Origin: Candidatus Hydrogenedentota bacterium
GTDB lineage: Bacteria; Hydrogenedentota; Hydrogenedentia; Hydrogenedentales; SLHB01
Length of the DNA: 64,000 bases
Assembly (NCBI GenBank): GCA_045863295.1
Contig: BTWA01000015.1
Location: 61,408-125,407, forward strand
Direction of reading: 5' to 3'
Position numbers and translations under genes: made by a program
The notes under the pieces: generated by a model
The model's input: the letters and a program-made list of their open reading frames with translations, nothing else
The model's database searches: none
What the model was told of the DNA's origin: nothing
Shown: positions 15,830-25,078 of the stretch, piece by piece
How positions within the stretch are numbered: the first letter of the stretch is position 1
Layout of the letters: each line of letters starts with the position of its first letter

Positions 15830-18800
15830 CTATTTTGCCCAGGCCGGTCTGAAGTTGAAATCCGGCATCTTCTGTGGGACGTCTTGGTCGCGCGTCTTTT
15901 CGCTTCTGGGCGCTTCTTCCATGTTGTTTATCCAACGTCGGACCGTGTCCCCCGTAATGAACGGTACAAGTCCTTTCCGGTACTGTTGCGCATTGATTTG
16001 AGCGTTCACTGTCCGGATATCCTCCTGGATATCCTCCCACGATTCAGGCGGGTTGTCGCGCTTCAATGAGTACCGTTTCACGCGATCGCGGATACGGTCC
16101 TTTATGCCCGTCCCGTCTTGGTTGGAATAAAGCCTCTGGATCGTGCCTTCGTCCCAGAGAATCTCACGCTTCTCGGAAATCTCGGCCGGGTTGAATCCAG
16201 CCGACCGGAGCAAGGTCGCATACAACGAAGGTTGAATCTGTTCCTTTCCAAAGAACACTGGCGACCCGTTCCCCTTGGTGACCCCGTACATGTACTCTCG
16301 GTATGCCTTGAAAAGGTTGCTCGTGGCGCGTGGCCCGGCAAGCTCAGCGGCCATGGCAATATCGCCTCCGGCCGCTTTCTTTAACCCGGAAGAGACATCA
16401 CCGACAGCTGCCATTGGAGCGCCGGCCAGTTCAAATACATTACCGGAGATCGCCGGCGTAAATCCGAGCGTTCCGCGCGCGTCGATGTTCAGTAGCCCGA
16501 GCGCGCCCGTGCGCACGACCCGCTCCGCTCGAACTCCAAACTTATTGGCTATCCACTCGTACAATGCGTAGTACGGTTCGTCGGGCGGCTCCCCTCCAAA
16601 TGCGCGAAATGCCGCTCGAATAATTGGCTTCAGGATCATAGACGCGGCTCCGGCCACCACGCCACCTTCCAACCCAGCCACCATTATTGGAGCCACTGAC
16701 AACCACAGAAGCGACGGCCAATCTCTTTTCTTAAGCGTGTGACCCAACAACTGTATGTGGTTTAACATGAACCCTTGAAATAAATAGGCGTTGCGCAAAA
16801 CCTGCGGCGCTACACCGCCGCCACGCATCAGGTACGGCAGATTCTCCTTTCCGAACCGCGAATGGATCTTGTCGCTTATGTTCCGGGCCTCACGAAATGC
16901 TTCATCTTTCTCCAATCCCTTCTTCCGGAGAATCTTGTATGTGGCCATGATAGTGGCGCCGCGGTTCAGTTGTTCCGCTTTGGAGAAGGGAAACATAATC
17001 GTGTTGGTGGCCATGGTGTACCCGCGGCCAAGCGCGTTTACGTTACGGGTCATCTCTTGCGCGTAATCGTCATTGTCCCACCTGCGCCGTCGGATCTCAT
17101 CCAATATCTCACGGTCCTCTTCCGTAGCGGTACCTAACGTCCAATAGGCGGTGTACGCATTTGCGGCTTTGGCAGTGAGCATGCCCGCTGCCACAATGTT
17201 GGTATCCGTAAGCGTGGCGATCCCGGGTGGCACAACCAATGCCAATGCAGAAAGGTTGTATGCGGCGGAAGACGGACTGGAAAGCATCTTGTACGAGGTC
17301 AAACCCCGCAACACGCCCATAATACGTTCCAATTCCTCTTCATTTCGCAGCACCTCATGCAACAAGCTCATGGCTTCTTCGTATGCCAGCGGTTGTTTGG
17401 CGCTGCTTAATCGGCGTTCACGCACCTGGCGCCGGTATTCGCGGTAGAGTTGCAACCGTTCGTCGGCCTTCTCTTCCCTATCCATCTCGTCAAAGCCATC
17501 CGGCTTGTTTCGCTGAAAATACTGCTCCAAGGATTCTGTTGTTCCCATCACGACGTTCATGGCATCGCGTCGCATGATGGCCCGAGCGGATCCGGATGCG
17601 GCCGCCGCCGCCGTGCTCACTACCGCCCTGTACGCGTCTTCGTCATACCCAAGGTACACAGCCTTACCTTTGGCATCGTTCCGTCCAATCTTGCGAGAGC
17701 GGGATCCACGGCTGTGCAACACGTCGGCCAGTCCTTGTGCCACCCCTTGGGTGTACAAGCTCACAAACGCACTATTCACGGAATGGTGGGAAAACCGGGA
17801 CAGGATATCTCCCTGCAGTCCCCTATTGGGCCGTTCGAAATGCCACACACCCGGATCGTTTTCAGTCAGTCCAAGCTCGGCCCGAGTCGAGTCAGACTCC
17901 TTTCCGTACCGGTGCCCGCCGAACTCCATCATGATCCGATCATTCGCCGGCGTCTTCGGCGCGACAATCACCAGGTGGCGCTCGCTCTTTCCGTCCTTCC
18001 GCTTGTACTTGACGACCTGTGCACGCATGCCAAGGCTTTCGAAACTGGCCTCGTCGTTGGTGGATTCGCGGACCCGGTCTATGGCTGTCTCGAACACCTC
18101 GTTCAGATTAGCGATGTCTAACTCGCCAAATACCTTTTCTGATGGCTTGTTTGTTAACCGGTTTTCCGTCTCATACCCGCGCGCATGCAATACCGCCTTG
18201 CCAACGGCCCGGCCAATCTTCGTATCGTAATGCTGCCGGCGTGGGTTTTCACCCTCCTTTTCAGCGAACAAATGGTATCGTCCGTCTTTTCGTATTCGCG
18301 GCATGTAGTGCCCGCGACGGTCCCCCATCCGCTTAAGCGCCTCACGCAACGTCAGTATTTCACGGCTGCCGTCGTCGTTATAGATAGATGTCGTACCCTC
18401 CGGCTCCCCATTTTGCCGGCGCAACTCTTCCGCGACCATGACATCATTGGCGAAGATGTTGTATACGTTCCCGTTCATGCGGCGAACCGCCAACAACGCC
18501 CTGGCCGCGCGTTTCGAATGACCAGCCGCCTTATAATCGTGCGATTCTCTCACCCAGGCATTGTCCCAAGCCTCTTGCTCATTACTAAACCGGGCCAGTT
18601 CCCGCCGTTTGCCGTTCTCGTCCGGCATGGAAAGCACAACGTACTTGCCGTCTTCGTCTTTTACCAAGTACCCTTCGCCATTTCGGTCCCGTTCAAATAA
18701 GTACTGGTTTAGAGCCTTGTACTCCTTCCGGATGCGCGACCAAGCTGCATTCGGTGCCTTGACATCACTGGGTGTCACCATGGCGATCGCGCGCAGATGG

Positions 18801-21800
18801 GACAGTTCCCCGTCCGGCCCAAGTCCCCCTGTCACAAATTCCACCAGGTCCACAGCGTTGTCACGCATCCGATCGATGATGCCCCAAAGCTCCTTCAACT
18901 GCGGTACCTTCTCAGCATTCCAGAGGGGCGTGCCGGCAATCTGGCTGATAAGCCCGAGCTCCGGCCGACCGTCTGTATCGCTAAAAGCGGCGCGGATGGC
19001 GGCAGCAAGTTCCTTCGCCTTCCCGAATACTTTCCAGGCCCAGGCCTTAGAAGAGTCCGCCTGTTCCTGTTGCTTCGCGGTCATGGCGGGCCCGTAGACC
19101 ACCGAGAACATCGGCCCTTGCGCGTCCGGCCCTTCCGTGGTATCATCTTTTTGGAATCCCGTCCGCTGAGAGTCCGGAATCATTGAGGCGGAGGGCGTCG
19201 CGCTGGGGTTCTCCGGAGTCCGCCCAGTGGCATTCCTTTCCCGCTCCACCCTCATATTCCACTGCAGTTCGTTATCATCCAAGGGAAAATCGGCATCAAC
19301 GTCTCGTAACCTATTCCCAACCGAGAACATCGGCCCTTGCGGATCTCCGCTTTCCGTGGTATCATTTTCTTGGAATGGCGCTTGCCGAGATCCCGGAATC
19401 GTTGAGGCAGGTGTCGCCGGGTTGGGGTTCTCCGGGGTTCGCCCAATGCCGTTTCTCTCCCACTGAATTCGAAAGTTTCCCTGTTTACCGGGTCCCTTGG
19501 TTCCATAAGGGAATTGCGTTATCAATCGTCCTCCCGGTATGCCCTGATCTACCACCTGCCCGTCCTTGCTGACGACAACCATATGCTTCGTATTGTCGTT
19601 GTACTCCCGCACATAGATGTCGTTGCCAGATTCTGGATCCCGCAATACTGCCGCTGCATTTTGAAGTGTATTAGGCACATTTGGAAGCCACTTGGCTTTG
19701 GATAGATCGAGTGACTTCTTTGAGTTATCCCAAATGAGATGCTTGACACGCTTCGCCAAAGAGCCTTCCTCTGTATTGTGAAGCAACACTGCAGTGCCAT
19801 CGGCGGCGGAAATCGTCTCCGGCCAAGACATGAACTCACGCCCGGCTCGTTCGATAACCTTCGCAGGAACCCCGGTAATGTCCAGACTTCTAGGCTTTAC
19901 GTCGTCCACCGGGAAATCCTTCGTATCCCGAAGTCGGTCCCCAACCGAGAAAGCCGCGCCTATGCCCTTCATCCCCGGCTTTCGGGCAAACAGCCTGCCA
20001 TTCCGGAATTCCAGTTCCGCATTGATGCCGGCCACGATCGCGCCGTTACCGCGCAACCGCGCAAACAGCCGGCGGAAAAGCATCTGGATACGCCTCAGAA
20101 TTCCCGGCCGCGTTTGAAGCGCTTTCGCAATCCTCTCTTCCTGTTGCTTGTGATATTCGGCGATTTCCTCTTTGGTTGCGGTATCGCCTGGGACCGGAAT
20201 GTCCCCTGCGTACTTCCCAGCCAACGCAGACCACTCGGCATCCGTGAATAAACCCAGAGCGCGCGCCCAATGTAACAATTCATGCCGCAATGTGTCGGTC
20301 GGTAACTGGCCCGCTTCGTTCGCAATTAATATTAGATCGGCCGCGTCAATCCGGTTACCCTGACCATCCTCTAATTCCACAGCCTTAAAGTAACCGGCAA
20401 TACCCATTTCCCGAAGTTCGGCGTCCGACTTGTCTTTTAACTCATGGTTGGTCTTCCGAATTTTGTTCAGGTAACTCGGCGTCGGGTAGATCATGTCGAC
20501 GACGCGCAGTAAAAGCGTGGACCCGTTCTTGGCGGTTATCTCAAACTCCCCATCCACTTCGCGTACCGTAGCGCCTGGAAGCGCCCGCAGTATGTCTTCC
20601 TGGGTCAGTTGTCCGGAAGGCGCTGTGCGCAAATCCCCGCGGTAAGCAGCATCCATTCTTGCCACGGAGAACATATCCGGCTGTCCGCCCTTTTCCGGTT
20701 TCGGTCCACGATCAGCCTTGGAATCATCGAATAATGCCGTCTGCTCCTGCCCCTCCAATTCATCCAGGAGCGCGTCCACTTCCTCTGTGGGCCGTTCAGT
20801 GCGCTTCAAGACATCACGCTGCGCGCGAACCTTCTCTGCGGCCTTGGACTTGCTCCCATACAGACGTATTGCATCCTGGGCGTCCTGGGAAAGCGTTGTA
20901 GCCGGTTCCGGTACAACTTCCTGGAGTTCTTTGTCCTGCCGTGGCTTTGCGTCCGCAGTCCTGGATCCCGGCTTCGGCGCTGACGTTTTTGCCGCTTTCT
21001 GTTCGCTTTTCGCGTCAGGTTTATTGGCTGCGGCTTTAGCCTCGTTTACTTTAACCCGGTCGGCCTCTTGTTGCTGGTATTCCTCTAACGCATACGGATA
21101 CAGATCCGATGAAGTCTTGACGATCTCGACTCCTTCAAAGCCCTGGCCATCGTCCAAGCTGATTCGTTCGCCATCAAGCAATTCAGTACCGCCCCACGGC
21201 TCTTCATCGGCCCGGTACCATTCACCGTTCCTGTAAACCAAGTCGCCAGTAGCCAACTCATCTTCGGTCAACAACTGGGGATCGGAGAGTTTTAGAGACG
21301 CAATCTCCTGCTTAGCCCGCTCTTCGGCCGTCTTTTGCGGTTGTCGGCTGTCATACTCCTGGTAGGATTTCTCAATCTCCTTGTCAGTGGCTTCACGCGC
21401 TCGTCCGAGAAACAACCTGCGCAACTCAGAGGGATCCGCATCCGTTCGCAACAATCCCATCTCCGCCGCTTCCTGAATCGCCTCGTCCCATGTGTACATC
21501 CCGTCTTTACGGATCACTCCGGGCGGAAAACCAAAGTTGCGGGCCTCGGGCGCGCCGAAATCGTCCGCCGTCAAGTCTGTAGGCGGTTTTAAGCCGGCAT
21601 CCCGGATCGTATTGCGAAATTCCTGCAAAGGTGTGGCCGCGCTTGGACGCTTTCGTCCTCTTGACCGTCCGATTGCTTCAACCAGTTCCGCTTGAAGGTC
21701 GGCAATCCGTTGTACCACGGCCTGGTGCGCCTCGGACGCTTTACTACCCTGTGCCTTGGCGAGCTTACGCGCGCGTTTTCTGGCGGACTTCAACTCTTCA

Positions 21801-24800
21801 CGGATGGCTTTCTTAGATCGTGGCTTTGCTTTCACTCCAACTTTGGCCGCTTTAGTGTCATCTGTAACCGGCTTTTCGCTTTCAACTTGCGCTACCTCTG
21901 GCGCTTTTGATGACACGGATTGTGTCTCAACTCCGGCACTTGGAAACTCTTTGACCATAGGCAAGATTTTCGCAATCGGCTTATTGAACCGGATAACGCG
22001 CAATCGAGATTTCCCGTCTTTGATGGCGGCGGCCCATTGGTGATGACCGTCGATCACGTAGTTGTCCGAGGACACGAGGATAGCCCGATCCCCATCATTG
22101 AACTTTTGTGCAGCCCGCACCTTAGCCGGCGAATACTCGGCCTGGGTCGCCTTCAGTTCGTCCGGCGCCACTTCCACGGATTCATGTTCGACGTCGCGCG
22201 CACCAAGAAACTGAGTCAAAGCCCCTCGATGCTCGGCCTTTACCTGTGGCATGTCTTTTCGCGAGACATTCAGCGGCTTGAACATCTGAGGGAACGGCCG
22301 CCACCCCACTCCACCAACTTTAAGCTCCGATCCTCCAATAGCCTTGCCGGTCGGTTTTTCGGTACCGGGTTTGGTCGTCACAGCGCCAAGCGCCGCGTCT
22401 ATACGAGCCATGGCGGCGCGGCGGCGGTCATTCAGCTTCCTATTCTCCGCCGCCTTCGCCTCCGCCTGTTCCAGAGTGACCTGTGGAGACGCTTTCTTGA
22501 TGTCCTCCGCTGTCTCCGGCGTCTCGCGAATCCCTTCCTCTAACCGTCCCCGCATCGAACGTGCGCCTGTCGGAGTCAAGCGATCCCTGTCAGTCCGCTT
22601 CGCACGCGCCTCCGCCGCCAACGCCATGCCCTCCGGCGTTGCGGATGCCTGATACTCCCAATTCCTCAACTCCGGCCCAGTTAAACCGGCCGCTTCATTC
22701 GCACTCATCGACATCGGATCGAGTCGCGTGGAATCCTCCCCGGTCACGCCGGCGGCGCTCGGTTGGGCAGTCGCCTCGTAGGAAGGCGCATTAACCGATT
22801 GTGGCGCCGCCGGTGCAACCTCGGGAGTCCTCATTGAAAGCGCTTGCGCAGGCTCCTCGGGCGTGGTGTTGGGCGTTACCGCTTCCGGCCCTTGGACTTG
22901 CCCTTGCATTTCTTCATCGAAACCACCTCCTTGTAGTTGGTTAGACGAGGTATCCTGTCCCCCGCTTGTGAGTACATTTGCTACTATATGAGCGGTTTGT
23001 GGTGCGTTTGTGGGTACAATCCCGGGCGTGATTTTGCCACGGGCGGTCCGTACCGCTTCCTGGAGACGTTTCTTGGCTCCCTTGCCACGATACTGCTTGT
23101 CGCCCGCATCGATCCCCAGTTCCGCCCGCATGTCGCCCATGCTCATGACGTCTATATCGGGCAGTTCCCCTTCGTCGACGGCATCGTCGCGGTACGAGTA
23201 TTCGAATTCTCCGATCGGCTCTTCGTCCGTGGCTGGCGCGGCGGGATGTACCGTTCCGTCCAACAGGTCCACGGCCGCGAACTCTTTCGATGGATCGGGT
23301 TCTGCTATGGCTCCGAATACGGCCTTGGCCGCATCATCGCTCACCGCCTGATCGAATAGCGTATACAGCGTATCGGCGCGTTCATCGGGTTTCATGCCGA
23401 TCACTTGGTCACGAGGCATGCCAAAGGCTTGAAGACCCCTGATAATTGGCCTGTGACGCCGTACATTCTGGGCCAGGAAGACAGCGGGCGAGTATGGAGT
23501 GTCGGACCCCTTGGCCAACATCATACCAAGTGCAAGGTCCGGAGCCGCTTGTCCGAATTCCCACACTTGTTCGGGAATATCGGCTCGTTGCAGACGATCA
23601 TGAAGGTCGCGGCGTAATCGGGCATCCTGTGCCGCTTTGAATAGCGGGCTCGCCGCATACGAACCGCCTCGAAACAGCGCCGTACCCAACACCACTTCTG
23701 GAAGCGAGTCCACCCAACCTTGCAAGGCCGGTTTTAGATTGGACCAAGATACGCTCTCGTAATCATTATTGAGGTTAAGTAGACCCTCAAGAATCTGTTG
23801 CGAGCTTTCCTCAACCAGCGCTTCAGTTGCCACATCGTGGACACCAACGGCCCGTGTAAACTTCTTGGTCGCATTTCCAAGCGCAACGGCGTTGTCCGGA
23901 ACCTTCAGCTTACTCATCGCTTTCCGGATTTGAGATGGCATCACCCTGGCCGCGCCTTGTTTCACAAGGTTCTCCGCAGCCTCGCCCGCACCAACAAACC
24001 CAAGCTTTCGCGCTGCACCCCTGCCAAGCTTGCCGAGCCCGCCACCCACCAGGTCGCCAAGAAAAGTCTCGATTGTAAAAGCAAGTACGGCACCAGTTAT
24101 CGCTTTTGGAGCTGCCTCGTACCATGGAGCCGCTTCTTGCCGCAACACCATATTGCCATTCGAGTCGATCGTGGCGTCGTCACTTCTAAGTTCGTAATAG
24201 CGGGTCAATGTTTCTGGCAGAACAAACCCGACGCCAAGCGTGCGTTTTCCGAGCGCTATACCGCCTGCATATCCAATCATTTCGTCCGCGGTATTGCCGG
24301 CCATACCCAATACCGTAGAACCCCGCTCATTTCGTTCCTGTCCAGCGCGTATCGAAATAGCGGCACGTTCCTGGGCAACCTCATACAATCGCCGCTCCAA
24401 TGCTTGCCGGGTTTCCGGTGTGCGTTCTTTCGTAAAGGCCCTATAGACCTCGTCTTCTGTGTCTCCAGAGATATGATGAAAGGCGGATTTCAAGTCACCA
24501 TCGTCCAATTCGCGGATGTTCTGAAAGCCCGTTTCTTGGTTGCCTAGATGCTTGGCCTGTGCGACCGTCCTGCGCGACAACCCAAAAGGTTCGTATCGCG
24601 CAAATGTCTTACCAACGATCCCCGTGTTGGATTCCTTTAACCCAGTCGCCGCCTCGATCGACGCTTGTCGAGTTTCTGTGAAACCCATTTTTCCCTTCGG
24701 TTTGCCTTCCGGGGGTTCGAATTCGGGCTTAATTGGACGGAAGGCGCCTTCACCAGCCTTTCGCTGACTAAGCGGAATGTAGTCTGGTGCGGCTGAAACG

Positions 24801-25078
24801 AGCTTGTAACTGTCCAATTCCGGATCGTCTGCAGACACAAGACTGAATCGTTTTTCGGGTGTTGTCGACGCTTCAACAGGCCGAATTCCGCTTCGGTTAC
24901 GAGTAACGTACCGTGGATCGGCTGTCGCAAGGTTTTGCTTTCTTAAATCAGGATCGTCAGCTGAAATAAGAGAGAAGCGCGGACTATTCGCCGAGGTCGT
25001 CATATTATTGGGCGCACGAAGTATACTTGTATCGTCATCAGCAACTTCGTCAGCCGGGATAAGTGTAATCGGACTCAT
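15830..25078 (-). CDS. Giant phage polyvalent / internal virion (ejected) protein, 3082 aa
   Basis: Last gene of the virion module. ParB/Srx-like domain (ILVSSDNYVIDGHHQW), zincin-like HELLH motif, probable PBECR-type nuclease-fold domain, YMPRIRKDGRY (PLxRFG-like), hydrophobic C-terminal region. Confidence 0.85.
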   Translation of the reverse strand: MSPITLIPADEVADDDTSILRAPNNMTTSANSPRFSLISADDPDLRKQNLATADPRYVTRNRSGIRPVEASTTPEKRFSLVSADDPELDSYKLVSAAPDYIPLSQRKAGEGAFRPIKPEFEPPEGKPKGKMGFTETRQASIEAATGLKESNTGIVGKTFARYEPFGLSRRTVAQAKHLGNQETGFQNIRELDDGDLKSAFHHISGDTEDEVYRAFTKERTPETRQALERRLYEVAQERAAISIRAGQERNERGSTVLGMAGNTADEMIGYAGGIALGKRTLGVGFVLPETLTRYYELRSDDATIDSNGNMVLRQEAAPWYEAAPKAITGAVLAFTIETFLGDLVGGGLGKLGRGAARKLGFVGAGEAAENLVKQGAARVMPSQIRKAMSKLKVPDNAVALGNATKKFTRAVGVHDVATEALVEESSQQILEGLLNLNNDYESVSWSNLKPALQGWVDSLPEVVLGTALFRGGSYAASPLFKAAQDARLRRDLHDRLQRADIPEQVWEFGQAAPDLALGMMLAKGSDTPYSPAVFLAQNVRRHRPIIRGLQAFGMPRDQVIGMKPDERADTLYTLFDQAVSDDAAKAVFGAIAEPDPSKEFAAVDLLDGTVHPAAPATDEEPIGEFEYSYRDDAVDEGELPDIDVMSMGDMRAELGIDAGDKQYRGKGAKKRLQEAVRTARGKITPGIVPTNAPQTAHIVANVLTSGGQDTSSNQLQGGGFDEEMQGQVQGPEAVTPNTTPEEPAQALSMRTPEVAPAAPQSVNAPSYEATAQPSAAGVTGEDSTRLDPMSMSANEAAGLTGPELRNWEYQASATPEGMALAAEARAKRTDRDRLTPTGARSMRGRLEEGIRETPETAEDIKKASPQVTLEQAEAKAAENRKLNDRRRAAMARIDAALGAVTTKPGTEKPTGKAIGGSELKVGGVGWRPFPQMFKPLNVSRKDMPQVKAEHRGALTQFLGARDVEHESVEVAPDELKATQAEYSPAKVRAAQKFNDGDRAILVSSDNYVIDGHHQWAAAIKDGKSRLRVIRFNKPIAKILPMVKEFPSAGVETQSVSSKAPEVAQVESEKPVTDDTKAAKVGVKAKPRSKKAIREELKSARKRARKLAKAQGSKASEAHQAVVQRIADLQAELVEAIGRSRGRKRPSAATPLQEFRNTIRDAGLKPPTDLTADDFGAPEARNFGFPPGVIRKDGMYTWDEAIQEAAEMGLLRTDADPSELRRLFLGRAREATDKEIEKSYQEYDSRQPQKTAEERAKQEIASLKLSDPQLLTEDELATGDLVYRNGEWYRADEEPWGGTELLDGERISLDDGQGFEGVEIVKTSSDLYPYALEEYQQQEADRVKVNEAKAAANKPDAKSEQKAAKTSAPKPGSRTADAKPRQDKELQEVVPEPATTLSQDAQDAIRLYGSKSKAAEKVRAQRDVLKRTERPTEEVDALLDELEGQEQTALFDDSKADRGPKPEKGGQPDMFSVARMDAAYRGDLRTAPSGQLTQEDILRALPGATVREVDGEFEITAKNGSTLLLRVVDMIYPTPSYLNKIRKTNHELKDKSDAELREMGIAGYFKAVELEDGQGNRIDAADLILIANEAGQLPTDTLRHELLHWARALGLFTDAEWSALAGKYAGDIPVPGDTATKEEIAEYHKQQEERIAKALQTRPGILRRIQMLFRRLFARLRGNGAIVAGINAELEFRNGRLFARKPGMKGIGAAFSVGDRLRDTKDFPVDDVKPRSLDITGVPAKVIERAGREFMSWPETISAADGTAVLLHNTEEGSLAKRVKHLIWDNSKKSLDLSKAKWLPNVPNTLQNAAAVLRDPESGNDIYVREYNDNTKHMVVVSKDGQVVDQGIPGGRLITQFPYGTKGPGKQGNFRIQWERNGIGRTPENPNPATPASTIPGSRQAPFQENDTTESGDPQGPMFSVGNRLRDVDADFPLDDNELQWNMRVERERNATGRTPENPSATPSASMIPDSQRTGFQKDDTTEGPDAQGPMFSVVYGPAMTAKQQEQADSSKAWAWKVFGKAKELAAAIRAAFSDTDGRPELGLISQIAGTPLWNAEKVPQLKELWGIIDRMRDNAVDLVEFVTGGLGPDGELSHLRAIAMVTPSDVKAPNAAWSRIRKEYKALNQYLFERDRNGEGYLVKDEDGKYVVLSMPDENGKRRELARFSNEQEAWDNAWVRESHDYKAAGHSKRAARALLAVRRMNGNVYNIFANDVMVAEELRRQNGEPEGTTSIYNDDGSREILTLREALKRMGDRRGHYMPRIRKDGRYHLFAEKEGENPRRQHYDTKIGRAVGKAVLHARGYETENRLTNKPSEKVFGELDIANLNEVFETAIDRVRESTNDEASFESLGMRAQVVKYKRKDGKSERHLVIVAPKTPANDRIMMEFGGHRYGKESDSTRAELGLTENDPGVWHFERPNRGLQGDILSRFSHHSVNSAFVSLYTQGVAQGLADVLHSRGSRSRKIGRNDAKGKAVYLGYDEDAYRAVVSTAAAAASGSARAIMRRDAMNVVMGTTESLEQYFQRNKPDGFDEMDREEKADERLQLYREYRRQVRERRLSSAKQPLAYEEAMSLLHEVLRNEEELERIMGVLRGLTSYKMLSSPSSAAYNLSALALVVPPGIATLTDTNIVAAGMLTAKAANAYTAYWTLGTATEEDREILDEIRRRRWDNDDYAQEMTRNVNALGRGYTMATNTIMFPFSKAEQLNRGATIMATYKILRKKGLEKDEAFREARNISDKIHSRFGKENLPYLMRGGGVAPQVLRNAYLFQGFMLNHIQLLGHTLKKRDWPSLLWLSVAPIMVAGLEGGVVAGAASMILKPIIRAAFRAFGGEPPDEPYYALYEWIANKFGVRAERVVRTGALGLLNIDARGTLGFTPAISGNVFELAGAPMAAVGDVSSGLKKAAGGDIAMAAELAGPRATSNLFKAYREYMYGVTKGNGSPVFFGKEQIQPSLYATLLRSAGFNPAEISEKREILWDEGTIQRLYSNQDGTGIKDRIRDRVKRYSLKRDNPPESWEDIQEDIRTVNAQINAQQYRKGLVPFITGDTVRRWINNMEEAPRSEKTRDQDVPQKMPDFNFRPAWAK
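19101..19460 (-). repeat. In-frame internal duplication of about 140 bp in the polyvalent gene (period 219 bp)
   Basis: ACCGAGAACATCGGCCCTTGCG identical at 19101 and 19320; GRTPENP...FQ..DTTE....QGPMFSV occurs twice in the protein. Confidence 0.9.

Noticed and set aside
15830..16040. The 150-aa track ORF 15588..16040 as an independent gene
   Set aside because: Its first about 70 codons overlap the polyvalent gene out of frame with no RBS; only the part past 15830 shows protein-like homology
19101..19460. Diversity-generating retroelement TR/VR pair
   Set aside because: Mismatches involve all bases rather than adenines only, both copies are in frame within one gene, and no reverse transcriptase is visible. 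The same applies to the 13911/14225 pair
15830..25078. Tape-measure protein, Rhs toxin or virion RNA polymerase
   Set aside because: No tape-measure periodicity or tail-tube context, no YD repeats, no recognisable RNAP catalytic motif
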